A stretch of 48,123 nt of DNA from Clostridiales bacterium (GCA_031297485.1 JAISYE010000224.1:1-48123), one strand, 5' to 3'; positions 8,193 through 15,271 are shown, numbered from the stretch's first letter. Translations and numbers: made by a program. Notes: generated by a model not told the origin, from the sequence alone.

Positions 8193-9200
8193 TTACGCCG
8201 CTTCTTCCTGCGCCAGTTCCGGATAAACCGCGCTTAACATCTCCCAAAGGGCCTTGACTATATTCTGGTTCGGCCTTGAGCTTGAGTTGGTGTCGATGTA
8301 ATATACCTGGCGGTTTTTAACGGCGGTTACATTCTCCCAGCCGTTGCGGCTTAAAATTTCGCCTGTGGGGTCCTCTATATAGTCCACGCTGGTTAAAATA
8401 ACGTCAGGGTTAGCGCTTATGACGGATTCCTCTGAAACGGATATCCAGCTGTCCTCATCTTCAAAAATATTCCGCGCGCCGATTAGTTCCAGCATTTCAT
8501 TTAAAAACACATTTCTGCCGAAACTGTAAATTTGCGGCGCTGCCGCCACCTCGAACAGCACGCTCTTCTTCTCCGTAACCGTACTGCCCAGTGCGGCCAC
8601 TTCCGACAAGGCGCTGTCTAAATCCGCTGTAAGCTCCGCCGCTCGCTCCGCCGTGCCGGTCACTTCGCCCACAAACTCAATGTCTTCCTTTATACCCGCG
8701 ATACTGTTGGTTGTGGGTATATATACAACGCAGACGCCGGTATCGCTAACCGGCTTGTATGGATCCACGCCGTTCACCAGGCTCATGCCCGTGACAAAGA
8801 GCAGATCCGGCGCAAGCGCTATCAGCCGCTCGGCGTCAGGGGTCATCATGTCAAATTGAGGCAGGTCCTCCGTCAAACCCTCTATACCTGCGGAATAGGT
8901 GTCAATAGCTATAATTTTATCCGCCAGGCCAAGTCCTGCCAAAATTTCCGTTACAGCAGGGGACATGCAAATAATTTTATCTGTCTTTTGCGGTTTGTTA
9001 AATGTGTTGCCCGCCCGGTCAACCATTGGAACCGTAGCTTCCAGGGTGGCGCTGGAACCGGACTGGGTTACGGAGTCCAGCGCGCTGCCGCAGGCCCCGG
9101 TTACTGACATGGTCAGAATTATTATTAAGAACAAATGGGGCCGGAACTTCCGGCTAAAAAATTTTCTTGCCGTTGATGTTTTCCAAATACCGCTCATCAA
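8193..9200 (-). CDS. ABC transporter substrate-binding lipoprotein, BtuF/FhuD-like (cobalamin/siderophore type)
   Basis: 335 aa. Signal peptide with lipobox VTGAC. ICMSPAVTEILAGLGLADKIIAID motif of type-2 periplasmic binding proteins. Lies downstream of riboswitch-controlled cobT. Start overlaps the cobT end by 47 nt, so it is uncertain. Confidence 0.75.
   Translation of the reverse strand: MMSGIWKTSTARKFFSRKFRPHLFLIIILTMSVTGACGSALDSVTQSGSSATLEATVPMVDRAGNTFNKPQKTDKIICMSPAVTEILAGLGLADKIIAIDTYSAGIEGLTEDLPQFDMMTPDAERLIALAPDLLFVTGMSLVNGVDPYKPVSDTGVCVVYIPTTNSIAGIKEDIEFVGEVTGTAERAAELTADLDSALSEVAALGSTVTEKKSVLFEVAAAPQIYSFGRNVFLNEMLELIGARNIFEDEDSWISVSEESVISANPDVILTSVDYIEDPTGEILSRNGWENVTAVKNRQVYYIDTNSSSRPNQNIVKALWEMLSAVYPELAQEEAA
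9137..9154. repeat. in-frame 18-nt unit in the BtuF-like signal-peptide n-region, abutting the cobT stop
   Basis: Exact GGGGCCGGAACTTCCGGC; read on the - strand as RKFRP; its last base is the first base of the cobT stop codon (rc TAG, 9154-9156). Confidence 0.85.
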
Positions 9201-10266
9201 TCATAGCCTCCTTAAAAGTCGCCATATTTTTAATTACCGCGGCCGCCGCGTCCATAAGGGCGAACATAAGCGGGCAGCCGCTGCCTTCCCCAAGCCGCAT
9301 GCCGAGCTTGAGGGGCGCGTCAAACTCAAGTTCCCGCGCCGCGAGAGCGTAGCCGCGCTCGTAAGATTCATGGGACGGGAATATATAGCCCCGGGCATCC
9401 GGACACAGGCGGACCGCGCACAGGGCTGCCACGGCGGAAATAAAGCCGTCAGCCACAACCGGCAGCCTGTTAAGCGCGGCGCCTATATATACCCCGCACA
9501 TAGCCGCGATGTCCAGTCCGCCCACTTTCGATATTACGTCCAGGGGGTCCTCCTGTTTTGGGCGGTGCAACGCAAGGGCGCTGGAAATAACGGATATTTT
9601 GCGGGCGTATTGTCCGTCGGTAAGCCCCGCCCCACGGCCCACGGCTTGTTCAGTCGCGCCGGCGTCCAGACCCAGCAAGGCGCATAAGACCGCGCTGGAG
9701 GTGGTTGTGTTGCCTATGCCCATTTCACCCGCGCCAATGACCTTGAATCCCCTGCGTTTGGCCTCGCCCGCGGACCATATGCCCACGTTGACTGCGGCGG
9801 CCGCTTCGCTTAAGGTCATGGCGGGTTCTTTCGCGATGTTGCCTGTGGATTTACGGATTTTTTTGTTAATGATGCCAGGGTTCTCAATATCCGCGTCAAT
9901 GCCCACGTCGACCACCATCAGCTCCGCGCCGAATTGCCGGGCCAGCACAGCCGCGCCGGTTACACCCCGCGTAAAGTTGAGGGTCTGCGACGCCGTAACT
10001 TCCTTTGGCGCGGAAGACACGCCTTCGGCCACAACGCCGTTATCCGCAGCCATAATAATTAACAGCCGCTTGTCCGGCTCGTAGAACAGCTCACCGGTTA
10101 TGGCGGCAAGCTGGGCGGCTATGTCCTCCAGGCCGCCCAGACTGCCCGGCGGCTTGACCAGGGAATCCAAACGCGCCCGTGCCCGCAGGCGCATGGATTC
10201 GTCCGGCGGCGCCGGCGGTGAAAATTGCAGGGGCGAACTGGGTTCGCCCGTACCTTGTTTTAACAT
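9154..10266 (-). CDS. cobT: nicotinate-nucleotide--dimethylbenzimidazole phosphoribosyltransferase
   Basis: CobT motifs (GEMGIGNTTTSSAV, GGLDIAAM); start trimmed to ATG 10266 (MLKQG) with AAAGGAG upstream; ORF-track GTG 10284 lies inside that RBS. Confidence 0.9.
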   Translation of the reverse strand: MLKQGTGEPSSPLQFSPPAPPDESMRLRARARLDSLVKPPGSLGGLEDIAAQLAAITGELFYEPDKRLLIIMAADNGVVAEGVSSAPKEVTASQTLNFTRGVTGAAVLARQFGAELMVVDVGIDADIENPGIINKKIRKSTGNIAKEPAMTLSEAAAAVNVGIWSAGEAKRRGFKVIGAGEMGIGNTTTSSAVLCALLGLDAGATEQAVGRGAGLTDGQYARKISVISSALALHRPKQEDPLDVISKVGGLDIAAMCGVYIGAALNRLPVVADGFISAVAALCAVRLCPDARGYIFPSHESYERGYALAARELEFDAPLKLGMRLGEGSGCPLMFALMDAAAAVIKNMATFKEAMIDERYLENINGKKIF

Positions 10267-10293
10267 ATACAGTTCTCCTTTCACGCTATACTA

Positions 10294-10394
10294 AGGGCTT
10301 ATCCCTGAATAAAGCAGAATGGCTTAAATACTGAATTTGCTAAAATGCAGAAATGGCGCAAAATCAGATTTTTGCCTATTAAGGGATAGGCTCT
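10294..10394 (+). repeat. repeat family 2, full copy (about 100 bp, terminal inverted repeats GGGCTTATCCCT / AGGGATAGGCTC)
   Basis: Near-identical to 11856..11958; lies in the cobT 5' UTR. Confidence 0.8.
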
Positions 10395-10546
10395 AAGGCG
10401 CGAAAAGAAATGCGCTTTTCGCGCCAGTTGTTGGTTGCTCACACACGAAAACACTGAATGATTTTTAGCAGATGTTTTCGTGTGTGAGTATATACTCGCG
10501 AACGTTGAGATTTGCCGCAAGATGCGGGCGAACGCAGTTCGCCCGC
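10394..10546 (+). repeat. repeat family 3 (two-hairpin composite ending in a REP unit), copy 1
   Basis: Hairpin GGCGCGAAAAG/CTTTTCGCGCC and 16-bp-stem hairpin CTCACACACGAAAACA (10436-10451) / TGTTTTCGTGTGTGAG (10471-10486). Confidence 0.8.
10524..10546. repeat. REP-like palindrome
   Basis: GCGGGCGAACGCAGTTCGCCCGC; cobT 5' UTR. Confidence 0.8.
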
Positions 10547-10583
10547 AAAAAAAATAAAAACCCCGGTTCACAGAACCGGGGGC
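10547..10583 (-). terminator. rho-independent terminator, probable expression platform of the cobalamin riboswitch
   Basis: rc: CCCCGGTTC-TGTG-GAACCGGGG followed by TTTTTATTTTTTTT. Confidence 0.75.
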
Positions 10584-10667
10584 TTTTGCGCGCAATTATA
10601 TCGCCCTATTTAACAGAAACGAAAATTACAAACATGCCGAGGCCTCATATCCTGTGAAGCGGAAGTG

Positions 10668-10835
10668 GCAGCTTATAGGCAGGTCTTTCGACTTAGACTT
10701 TAGCGTCTGTTCCGCCTTCCCAGGGAAAACCCAGTGGCATTTTGAAACAGGCTAGTCAACACGGCAGCAGGACTGTTTGGGATTCACCCCCAATTCCCTA
10801 TTATCGTCAGGCACAGGGCACCTGACGCACCGACA
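10668..10835 (-). promoter_or_regulatory. cobalamin (AdoCbl) riboswitch aptamer
   Basis: rc contains AATAGGGAATTGGGGGTGAATCCCAAACAG..CTGCTGCCGTG, the B12 box GCCACTGGG....CCCTGGGAAGGC and AGTCGAAAGACCTGCC, in the canonical order. Confidence 0.85.
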
Positions 10836-10858
10836 AGCTGGATATTTACTTTGACGCC

Positions 10859-10887
10859 AGTATAGCATTATTATGTGGATTTGTAAA
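10859..10887 (-). promoter_or_regulatory. sigma-A promoter driving the cobalamin riboswitch
   Basis: rc: TTTACA (10882-10887) - 17 nt - TGcTATACT (extended -10, hexamer 10859-10864). Confidence 0.6.
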
Positions 10888-10976
10888 TAAAATTTTGCGG
10901 TTTGCATCTTTACAGCCGGCGTAAACGCGGAAAACATTGATGGGCGGCTATTCAGAATAAGCCGCTATGCGTTCCT

Positions 10977-11006
10977 GTTCTGGCTAAATTCAAAATTAGC
11001 CAGAAC
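10977..11006. repeat. 11-bp-arm inverted repeat
   Basis: GTTCTGGCTAA (10977-10987) / TTAGCCAGAAC (10996-11006). Confidence 0.6.
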
Positions 11007-11076
11007 AGCCTCCGGATGTTCACGTTGGTCTGGACCGCACAATCACTGCTTTTTCCTATCCATGATAGAATAGCCG

Positions 11077-11111
11077 CAACCAATACGAACATAAATTGTT
11101 CGTATTGGTTG
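11077..11111. promoter_or_regulatory. perfect 14-bp-arm palindrome, candidate operator upstream of the XRE-family pseudogene
   Basis: CAACCAATACGAAC-ATAAATT-GTTCGTATTGGTTG, about 55 nt upstream of ATG 11165. Confidence 0.35.
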
Positions 11112-11164
11112 GTTTCATCTTCTGGGTCTCAGGTGTATCATCTAATTATCGAGGTGTGAAAAGT

Positions 11165-11706
11165 ATGAATAGTAATAAAAATAATATTGCCGCGAATCTT
11201 CGCCATTTGCGCGGCCGCCAGCGCTTGTCACAGGAGTAAGTCGCGGAGCGTGTCGGCGCCACGCGGCAGGCAGTGGGAAAATGGGGATACGCTTCCCGAC
11301 ATTATCAATTGCGAAGCGTTAGCCGGTTTGTTTGATGTGTCCCTTAACGATCTGGTACGTTATGACCAAGGACAGGAGGGGCTTCCCATCGGCCCAAGGA
11401 ACAAACACATCTTTGGCACGGTGACTATAGGCGAAAGAGGGCAGATTGTGTTACCCAAAAAAGCGCGGGACACACTTAAGTTCCAACCCTGAGATATCCT
11501 TGTGGTTTTAGGACGTGTTTGAAAATTAGATTCCAGCGCGAAATTGCAGCGGTTTTATTCGAAATTTCGCGCTTTGAGGAGTTTTCAAACACGCCTTAGG
11601 GGACACCAGCCCGGCAACCAGAGGAATTGCACTGGTAAGCAGCGAGATTTTCCCGCGTATGACCGGCAAAACTATTGACGGCTTCTTGAATGGTGAAGGA
11701 GGATAA
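11165..11706 (+). pseudogene. XRE-family HTH + SpoVT/AbrB-domain transcriptional regulator, inactivated
   Basis: Reads MNSNKNNIAANLRHLRGRQRLSQE*VAERVGATRQAVGKW, then shifts frame to ENGDTLPDIINCEALAGLFDVSLNDLV...GQIVLPKKARDTLKFQP*DILVVLG, then the MITE, then DTSPATRGIALVSSEIF. Lesions: premature TAA, a frameshift, an in-frame TGA and a MITE insertion. Confidence 0.75.
11511..11596 (-). mobile_element. MITE family 1, copy d, inserted in the XRE/AbrB regulator gene with TA target duplication
   Basis: TA (11509-11510) and TA (11597-11598) flank the element; removing the element plus one TA restores GTG GTT TTA GGG GAC ACC (VVLGDT). Confidence 0.85.
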
Positions 11707-11708
11707 AC

Positions 11709-11855
11709 GTGAGTATATTATCCGTACAGGGTCTAACGAAGCGTTGCCACAGCTTTACATTGCGCGATGTTAGTTTTTCGCTTCCGCAAGGCAGGATTAT
11801 GGGCTTAATTGGCACAAACGGCGCGGGAAAGACTACGACCTTAAAGTCCATGTTG
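11709..11855 (+). pseudogene. ABC transporter ATP-binding protein, N-terminal 49 codons only
   Basis: GTG with GGAGGA RBS; [12 protein letters not shown]...[18 protein letters not shown] (Walker A), then runs into repeat family 2 at 11856; no remainder downstream. Confidence 0.7.
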
Positions 11856-11958
11856 AGGGCTTATCCCTAAATAAAGCGGAATGGCTTAAATACTGGATTT
11901 GTTAAAATGCAGAAATGGCGCAAAATCAGCATTCTTGCCTATTAAGGGATAGGCTCTT
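11856..11958 (+). repeat. repeat family 2, full copy, truncating the ABC ATPase pseudogene
   Basis: Near-identical to 10294..10394. Confidence 0.8.
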
Positions 11959-11963
11959 AATGT

Positions 11964-13268
11964 TCAGCGGCTCAGCGCCACATATCCGGTTTGTTCAACC
12001 AAACTCTGCCCCTGCTCCGAAAGAATCCAGTCAATAAGAGCCCGCGTGTTTTCCGCGCGAGCTTTTTCGCTGCCGGCGGCGGGTACTCGATTGGCTGCGG
12101 TAACCGCGTAAAAGTTGCCGGCGAACGGGTACGCGCCGCTCGCGATGTTCTCCACAGTTGGGGCGGCATCGTCAATTTTAAGCAGTTTTACTTTTTGAAG
12201 CTCGGCATCGTTCAGCATGGTTTCGATATAGTAACGGAACGAGTAGCCTATCGCGCCTTTATAGTTTTTGTAATCGGCGATAGCGTTGTACATGCCGCCC
12301 ATAAACGAGAATACCTGTCTTGCTTTCGGCTCAATTATCGGTAAATTGCCCATAATTTTTTGGAGCGCCGTCTGACTGCCCGAACCTTCAGGGCGCTGGT
12401 AAGGCTCAATTCCGCCCCTGGCCGCGCCGCCGCTGATTTCGGACCAATCCCGTACCGCGCCGGAGTATATGCGGCGTATATCGTCTTGACTCAGGCCGGA
12501 AATGTTATTATGGCTGTTCACTATGAACACAAAGGCTTCGCGTCCTATTGGCGTAAGCGCAAGTTCGATTCCGCGCTCCGCCGCCGCCTGCGCCTGTTCC
12601 TCCGATACGTCCATCAGGAAAATCACGTCGGCGTTCCCCTCAAGGAGGTTCTCAAACGCGCCCGTAGTGGAGGAACAGACGACCTCTGAATCGAATTCCC
12701 CGGAGACACGGTAGCTTTTTTCAGGATATGCCGCCCGGGCGAAGGCCGCGTACAGCGGATACAGTGCGGTAGCCCCGTCCATCCTCGGCAGGCTGTCCGC
12801 AAAGGTCAGCGTGGACGGCTCGGCAAGGGATTTGGCAAGGGTATGTTCCGCGAACGGCTCATACCCTTCCAGCTGAATTTCCCTGTCAGTGTCTCCAATT
12901 TCAAGGACACTGTTTTCATAGGCCTGAATCCCCGCGACCGCGCCAACGGTCAGTACCATTACCGCAGTCAGTGACAGCGCGGCAATTTTGCGCGGCTTCG
13001 CTTTGAAGGGCTTCCAAATCAGGAGCAGAAATATCAGGAACAGTATGCCGCAAGTGAAAGGCGCAAGCCAAAACATCCCGGTGCCGAACAGATTGGTGAT
13101 TAATGGAATGCCTTGGATAAACTCCAAGAAAAAGCAGGCCACCAACAGACCAGCAAAGCATAGAAGGCTTGCGCTGATTTTTCTGATTGGTGGCTTTTTG
13201 ATAAACAGACCGATTATCGGCAGCCCGATAAATATCGCCGTAACAAGAGACAGGCGCATAAGTATCAT
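11964..13268 (-). CDS. PstS-family (phosphate-binding-like) substrate-binding protein with polytopic N-terminal membrane domain
   Basis: 434 aa. About 4 predicted TM helices in the first 130 aa, then a PBP-like domain (DGATALYPLY, SSTTGAFENLLEGNADV, PEGSGSQ). No pstCAB genes adjacent. Confidence 0.6.
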   Translation of the reverse strand: MILMRLSLVTAIFIGLPIIGLFIKKPPIRKISASLLCFAGLLVACFFLEFIQGIPLITNLFGTGMFWLAPFTCGILFLIFLLLIWKPFKAKPRKIAALSLTAVMVLTVGAVAGIQAYENSVLEIGDTDREIQLEGYEPFAEHTLAKSLAEPSTLTFADSLPRMDGATALYPLYAAFARAAYPEKSYRVSGEFDSEVVCSSTTGAFENLLEGNADVIFLMDVSEEQAQAAAERGIELALTPIGREAFVFIVNSHNNISGLSQDDIRRIYSGAVRDWSEISGGAARGGIEPYQRPEGSGSQTALQKIMGNLPIIEPKARQVFSFMGGMYNAIADYKNYKGAIGYSFRYYIETMLNDAELQKVKLLKIDDAAPTVENIASGAYPFAGNFYAVTAANRVPAAGSEKARAENTRALIDWILSEQGQSLVEQTGYVALSR

Positions 13269-13322
13269 CCTTGCTTTTTATAATGTTCACAGCGCTCCGC
13301 GTCTAAAGGCCGTCTTGGTTCG

Positions 13323-14048
13323 TCATTTACGCTGGCCGCCGGTGTCAAAATCGCGGGGCTTAGACGAGCGCTTGCGCAGGAACTTAATCAGCAGGAAAAG
13401 ACCAACTAACAGCGCAAGGCCGAAGGATATGCCGCTGTGCCGGCTGTAGTAGAAAGTTCCGTAGCCGTCCCGAAAAGCGCGGTTAAGGAAGTATCCGACT
13501 CCATTCAGAGCGTTAAGGCCAATCACGATGCCGATGACAATAATAATGGGAATGGCGTAGCGCTTGATAAAGCCAAGATAATCTTCCACGCTGTCGGGCA
13601 CGTTAATGCCGGCGTTAAGGAGCCTGCGCTTGTTAAATGAATCGAAGATTGCCCCAAAGTAAATAATGGCAATTACAAAGCCTAATATCGGCTCAGAGAA
13701 TGTGGCTGTCAAGAAAGCCGCCGCGAAGAATGCCGAAAGAACAAACAATCCTCGTTTAATAAGCCCCAGATACATATAACTTATTCCCGGCGGGCCGAAT
13801 ACGGAGAATAAGAACAGCAGGCCCCAGGAAAAATGCCGCCGGCCGCCCTCGGTCACCGGAATTTCCGGGCGCCGCGGTCCGGCGGGGCCGTAACTTTCAG
13901 AGGCGCGCATTGCCTCGGCTACGCAATTTTTGCAAACATAGCGGTTGTCAATTTCCAGACTGCACTCGCTGCACAGCCACGCGCCGCACTTGCTGCAGGT
14001 GTTCACGGCGGTTCTGTCGTTGTGGTTAACACAGTACATGTTTAGCAT
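13323..14048 (-). CDS. zinc-ribbon/B-box-like N-terminal domain membrane protein (paralogue A)
   Basis: 241 aa; Cys-rich N-terminus CVNHNDRTAVNTCSKCGAWLCSECSLEIDNRYVCKNC, then 4-5 TM helices (TM2-like GISYMYLGLIKRG); AGGAG RBS. Confidence 0.7.
   Translation of the reverse strand: MLNMYCVNHNDRTAVNTCSKCGAWLCSECSLEIDNRYVCKNCVAEAMRASESYGPAGPRRPEIPVTEGGRRHFSWGLLFLFSVFGPPGISYMYLGLIKRGLFVLSAFFAAAFLTATFSEPILGFVIAIIYFGAIFDSFNKRRLLNAGINVPDSVEDYLGFIKRYAIPIIIVIGIVIGLNALNGVGYFLNRAFRDGYGTFYYSRHSGISFGLALLVGLFLLIKFLRKRSSKPRDFDTGGQRK
13856..13900. repeat. two 18-nt-unit derivatives in Zn-ribbon paralogue A
   Basis: CCGGAATTTCCGG (13856-13868) and GGGGCCGTAACTTTCAG (13884-13900); together encode SYGPAGPRRPEIPV. 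Confidence 0.7.
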
Positions 14049-14194
14049 CTCCTTAATTTTTTGAAATAATTACGTATTGTAATAATAGGTACGTCGTTTA
14101 AATTGAAAAGTATGAGATTTTTCATAATCCATAAATTGTTTGCCAGCCAACTTAAACAGTATTTTATACTCACGGACGAATACATTTTCCGGCA

Positions 14195-14220
14195 GGGGAG
14201 AACGCAGTCCGTCCCTGTAA
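14195..14220. repeat. REP-like palindrome (degenerate)
   Basis: GGGGAGAACGCAGTCCGTCCCTGTAA. Confidence 0.55.
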
Positions 14221-14286
14221 TATATTTTCATGTTTTCGTGGTTTATAAATTTCCTTCATGCGCTTATCCAGAGGCGCAAGGTGCTT

Positions 14287-14325
14287 GTCCGCCGGGTCCT
14301 TTAATGAGCGCGCGCGAAGCGCAAG
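14287..14325 (+). repeat. repeat family 5 block
   Basis: GTCCGCCGGGTCCTTTAATGAGCGCGCGCGAAGCGCAAG; rc-related to 47875..47913. The shorter shared blocks AGAGGCGCAAGG and GAATACATTTTCC lie nearby. Confidence 0.6.
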
Positions 14326-14435
14326 AAGGGGTCTGGGAACGAGTCCCCAGCGGGGTTTGGGGCGGAGCCCCAAGGTTTTAAGGTTTTGACCTCTGAATAG
14401 ACATTCCTACGTTTAAATTTGTCTCCGTTCACATT

Positions 14436-14484
14436 GCGGGCGAACTTGCGGGGCGAACTGTGTTCGCCCCGTAAGTTCGCCCGC
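14436..14484. repeat. nested double REP-like palindrome
   Basis: GCGGGCGAACTT[GCGGGGCGAACTGTGTTCGCCCCG]TAAGTTCGCCCGC. Confidence 0.8.
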
Positions 14485-14515
14485 GCCCCAGGTTAAGGCC
14501 CTGATAGGTTCAATA

Positions 14516-15271
14516 TCAGCGCTGGCCGCCGGCGTCCAAATCGCGGGGCTTAGACGGGCGCTTGCGCAGGAACTTAATCAAGAGACAGAGACCTACCGCC
14601 AGAGCGATGGGCCATATGCAATCCCATACCTGCCAAGCGATGGGCCATATGCCATCCAATACCGGCCAAGCGTCCATGGTGTAGTAAACTTCCGCGCCTT
14701 TGTAAAGTAGGCCGCGCAGGAAGTGTCCGATACCGTCAAGGCCAATCATGACGCCAATGACAACGATAATGGGAACAGCGTAGCGCTTGATAAAGCCGAG
14801 ATAATCCTCCACGCTGTCGGGCACGTCAATACCGGCGTTAAGGAGTCTGCGCTTGTTAAATGAATCGAAAATCGCTCCGAAGTAAATAATGGCAATCACA
14901 AAGCCGAGTACCGGCGAATTGAATGTGGCTGTCAAGAAAGCCGCCGCGAAGAATGCCGAAAGAACAAACAACCCTCGTTTAATAAGCCCCAGATACATAT
15001 AACTTATTCCCGGCGGGCCGAACACGGAGAATAAGAACAGCAGGCCCCAGGAAAAATGCCGGCGGGCGCCCTCGGTCACCGGAACTTCCGGGCGCCGGGG
15101 TCCGGCGGGGCCGTAACTTCCGGAGGCGCGCATTGCCTCGGCTACGCAATTTTTGCAAACTATGCGGTTGTCAATTTCCAGACTGCACTCGCTGCAAAGC
15201 CACGCGCCGCACTTGCTGCAGGTGTTTACGGCGGTTCTGTCGTTGTGGTTAACACAGTACATGTTTAACAT
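14516..15271 (-). CDS. zinc-ribbon/B-box-like N-terminal domain membrane protein (paralogue B)
   Basis: 251 aa; the first ~190 codons are nearly identical to 13323..14048, the C-terminus diverges and carries a 2 x 33-nt tandem repeat. Confidence 0.7.
   Translation of the reverse strand: MLNMYCVNHNDRTAVNTCSKCGAWLCSECSLEIDNRIVCKNCVAEAMRASGSYGPAGPRRPEVPVTEGARRHFSWGLLFLFSVFGPPGISYMYLGLIKRGLFVLSAFFAAAFLTATFNSPVLGFVIAIIYFGAIFDSFNKRRLLNAGIDVPDSVEDYLGFIKRYAVPIIVVIGVMIGLDGIGHFLRGLLYKGAEVYYTMDAWPVLDGIWPIAWQVWDCIWPIALAVGLCLLIKFLRKRPSKPRDLDAGGQR
14604..14669. repeat. 2 x 33-nt in-frame tandem repeat inside paralogue B
   Basis: GCGATGGGCCATATGCAATCCCATACCTGCCAA / GCGATGGGCCATATGCCATCCAATACCGGCCAA (encodes the W/P/I-rich segment GIWPIAWQVWDCIWPIA). 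Confidence 0.85.
15079..15123. repeat. two 18-nt-unit derivatives in Zn-ribbon paralogue B
   Basis: CCGGAACTTCCGG (15079-15091) and GGGGCCGTAACTTCCGG (15107-15123); together encode SYGPAGPRRPEVPV. Confidence 0.8.

Larger units (their letters stand above)
13323..14168. repeat. tandem segmental duplication, copy A (gene + 120-nt upstream region)
   Basis: Aligns with 14516..15390 from the stop-codon region through GCCAGCCAACTTAAA upstream of the start. Confidence 0.85.

Noticed and set aside
10299-10657. ORFs 10299..10595 (-) and 10472..10657 (+)
   Set aside because: They are composed of family-2 and family-3 repeats, a REP unit and the riboswitch terminator, and have no RBS.
14103-14381. ORFs 14103..14381 (+) and 14170..14373 (-) in the duplication spacer
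   Set aside because: They are made of family-5 and REP repeats. The peptide GVWGGAPRF comes from the GGGGTTTGGGGCGGAGCCCC palindrome.
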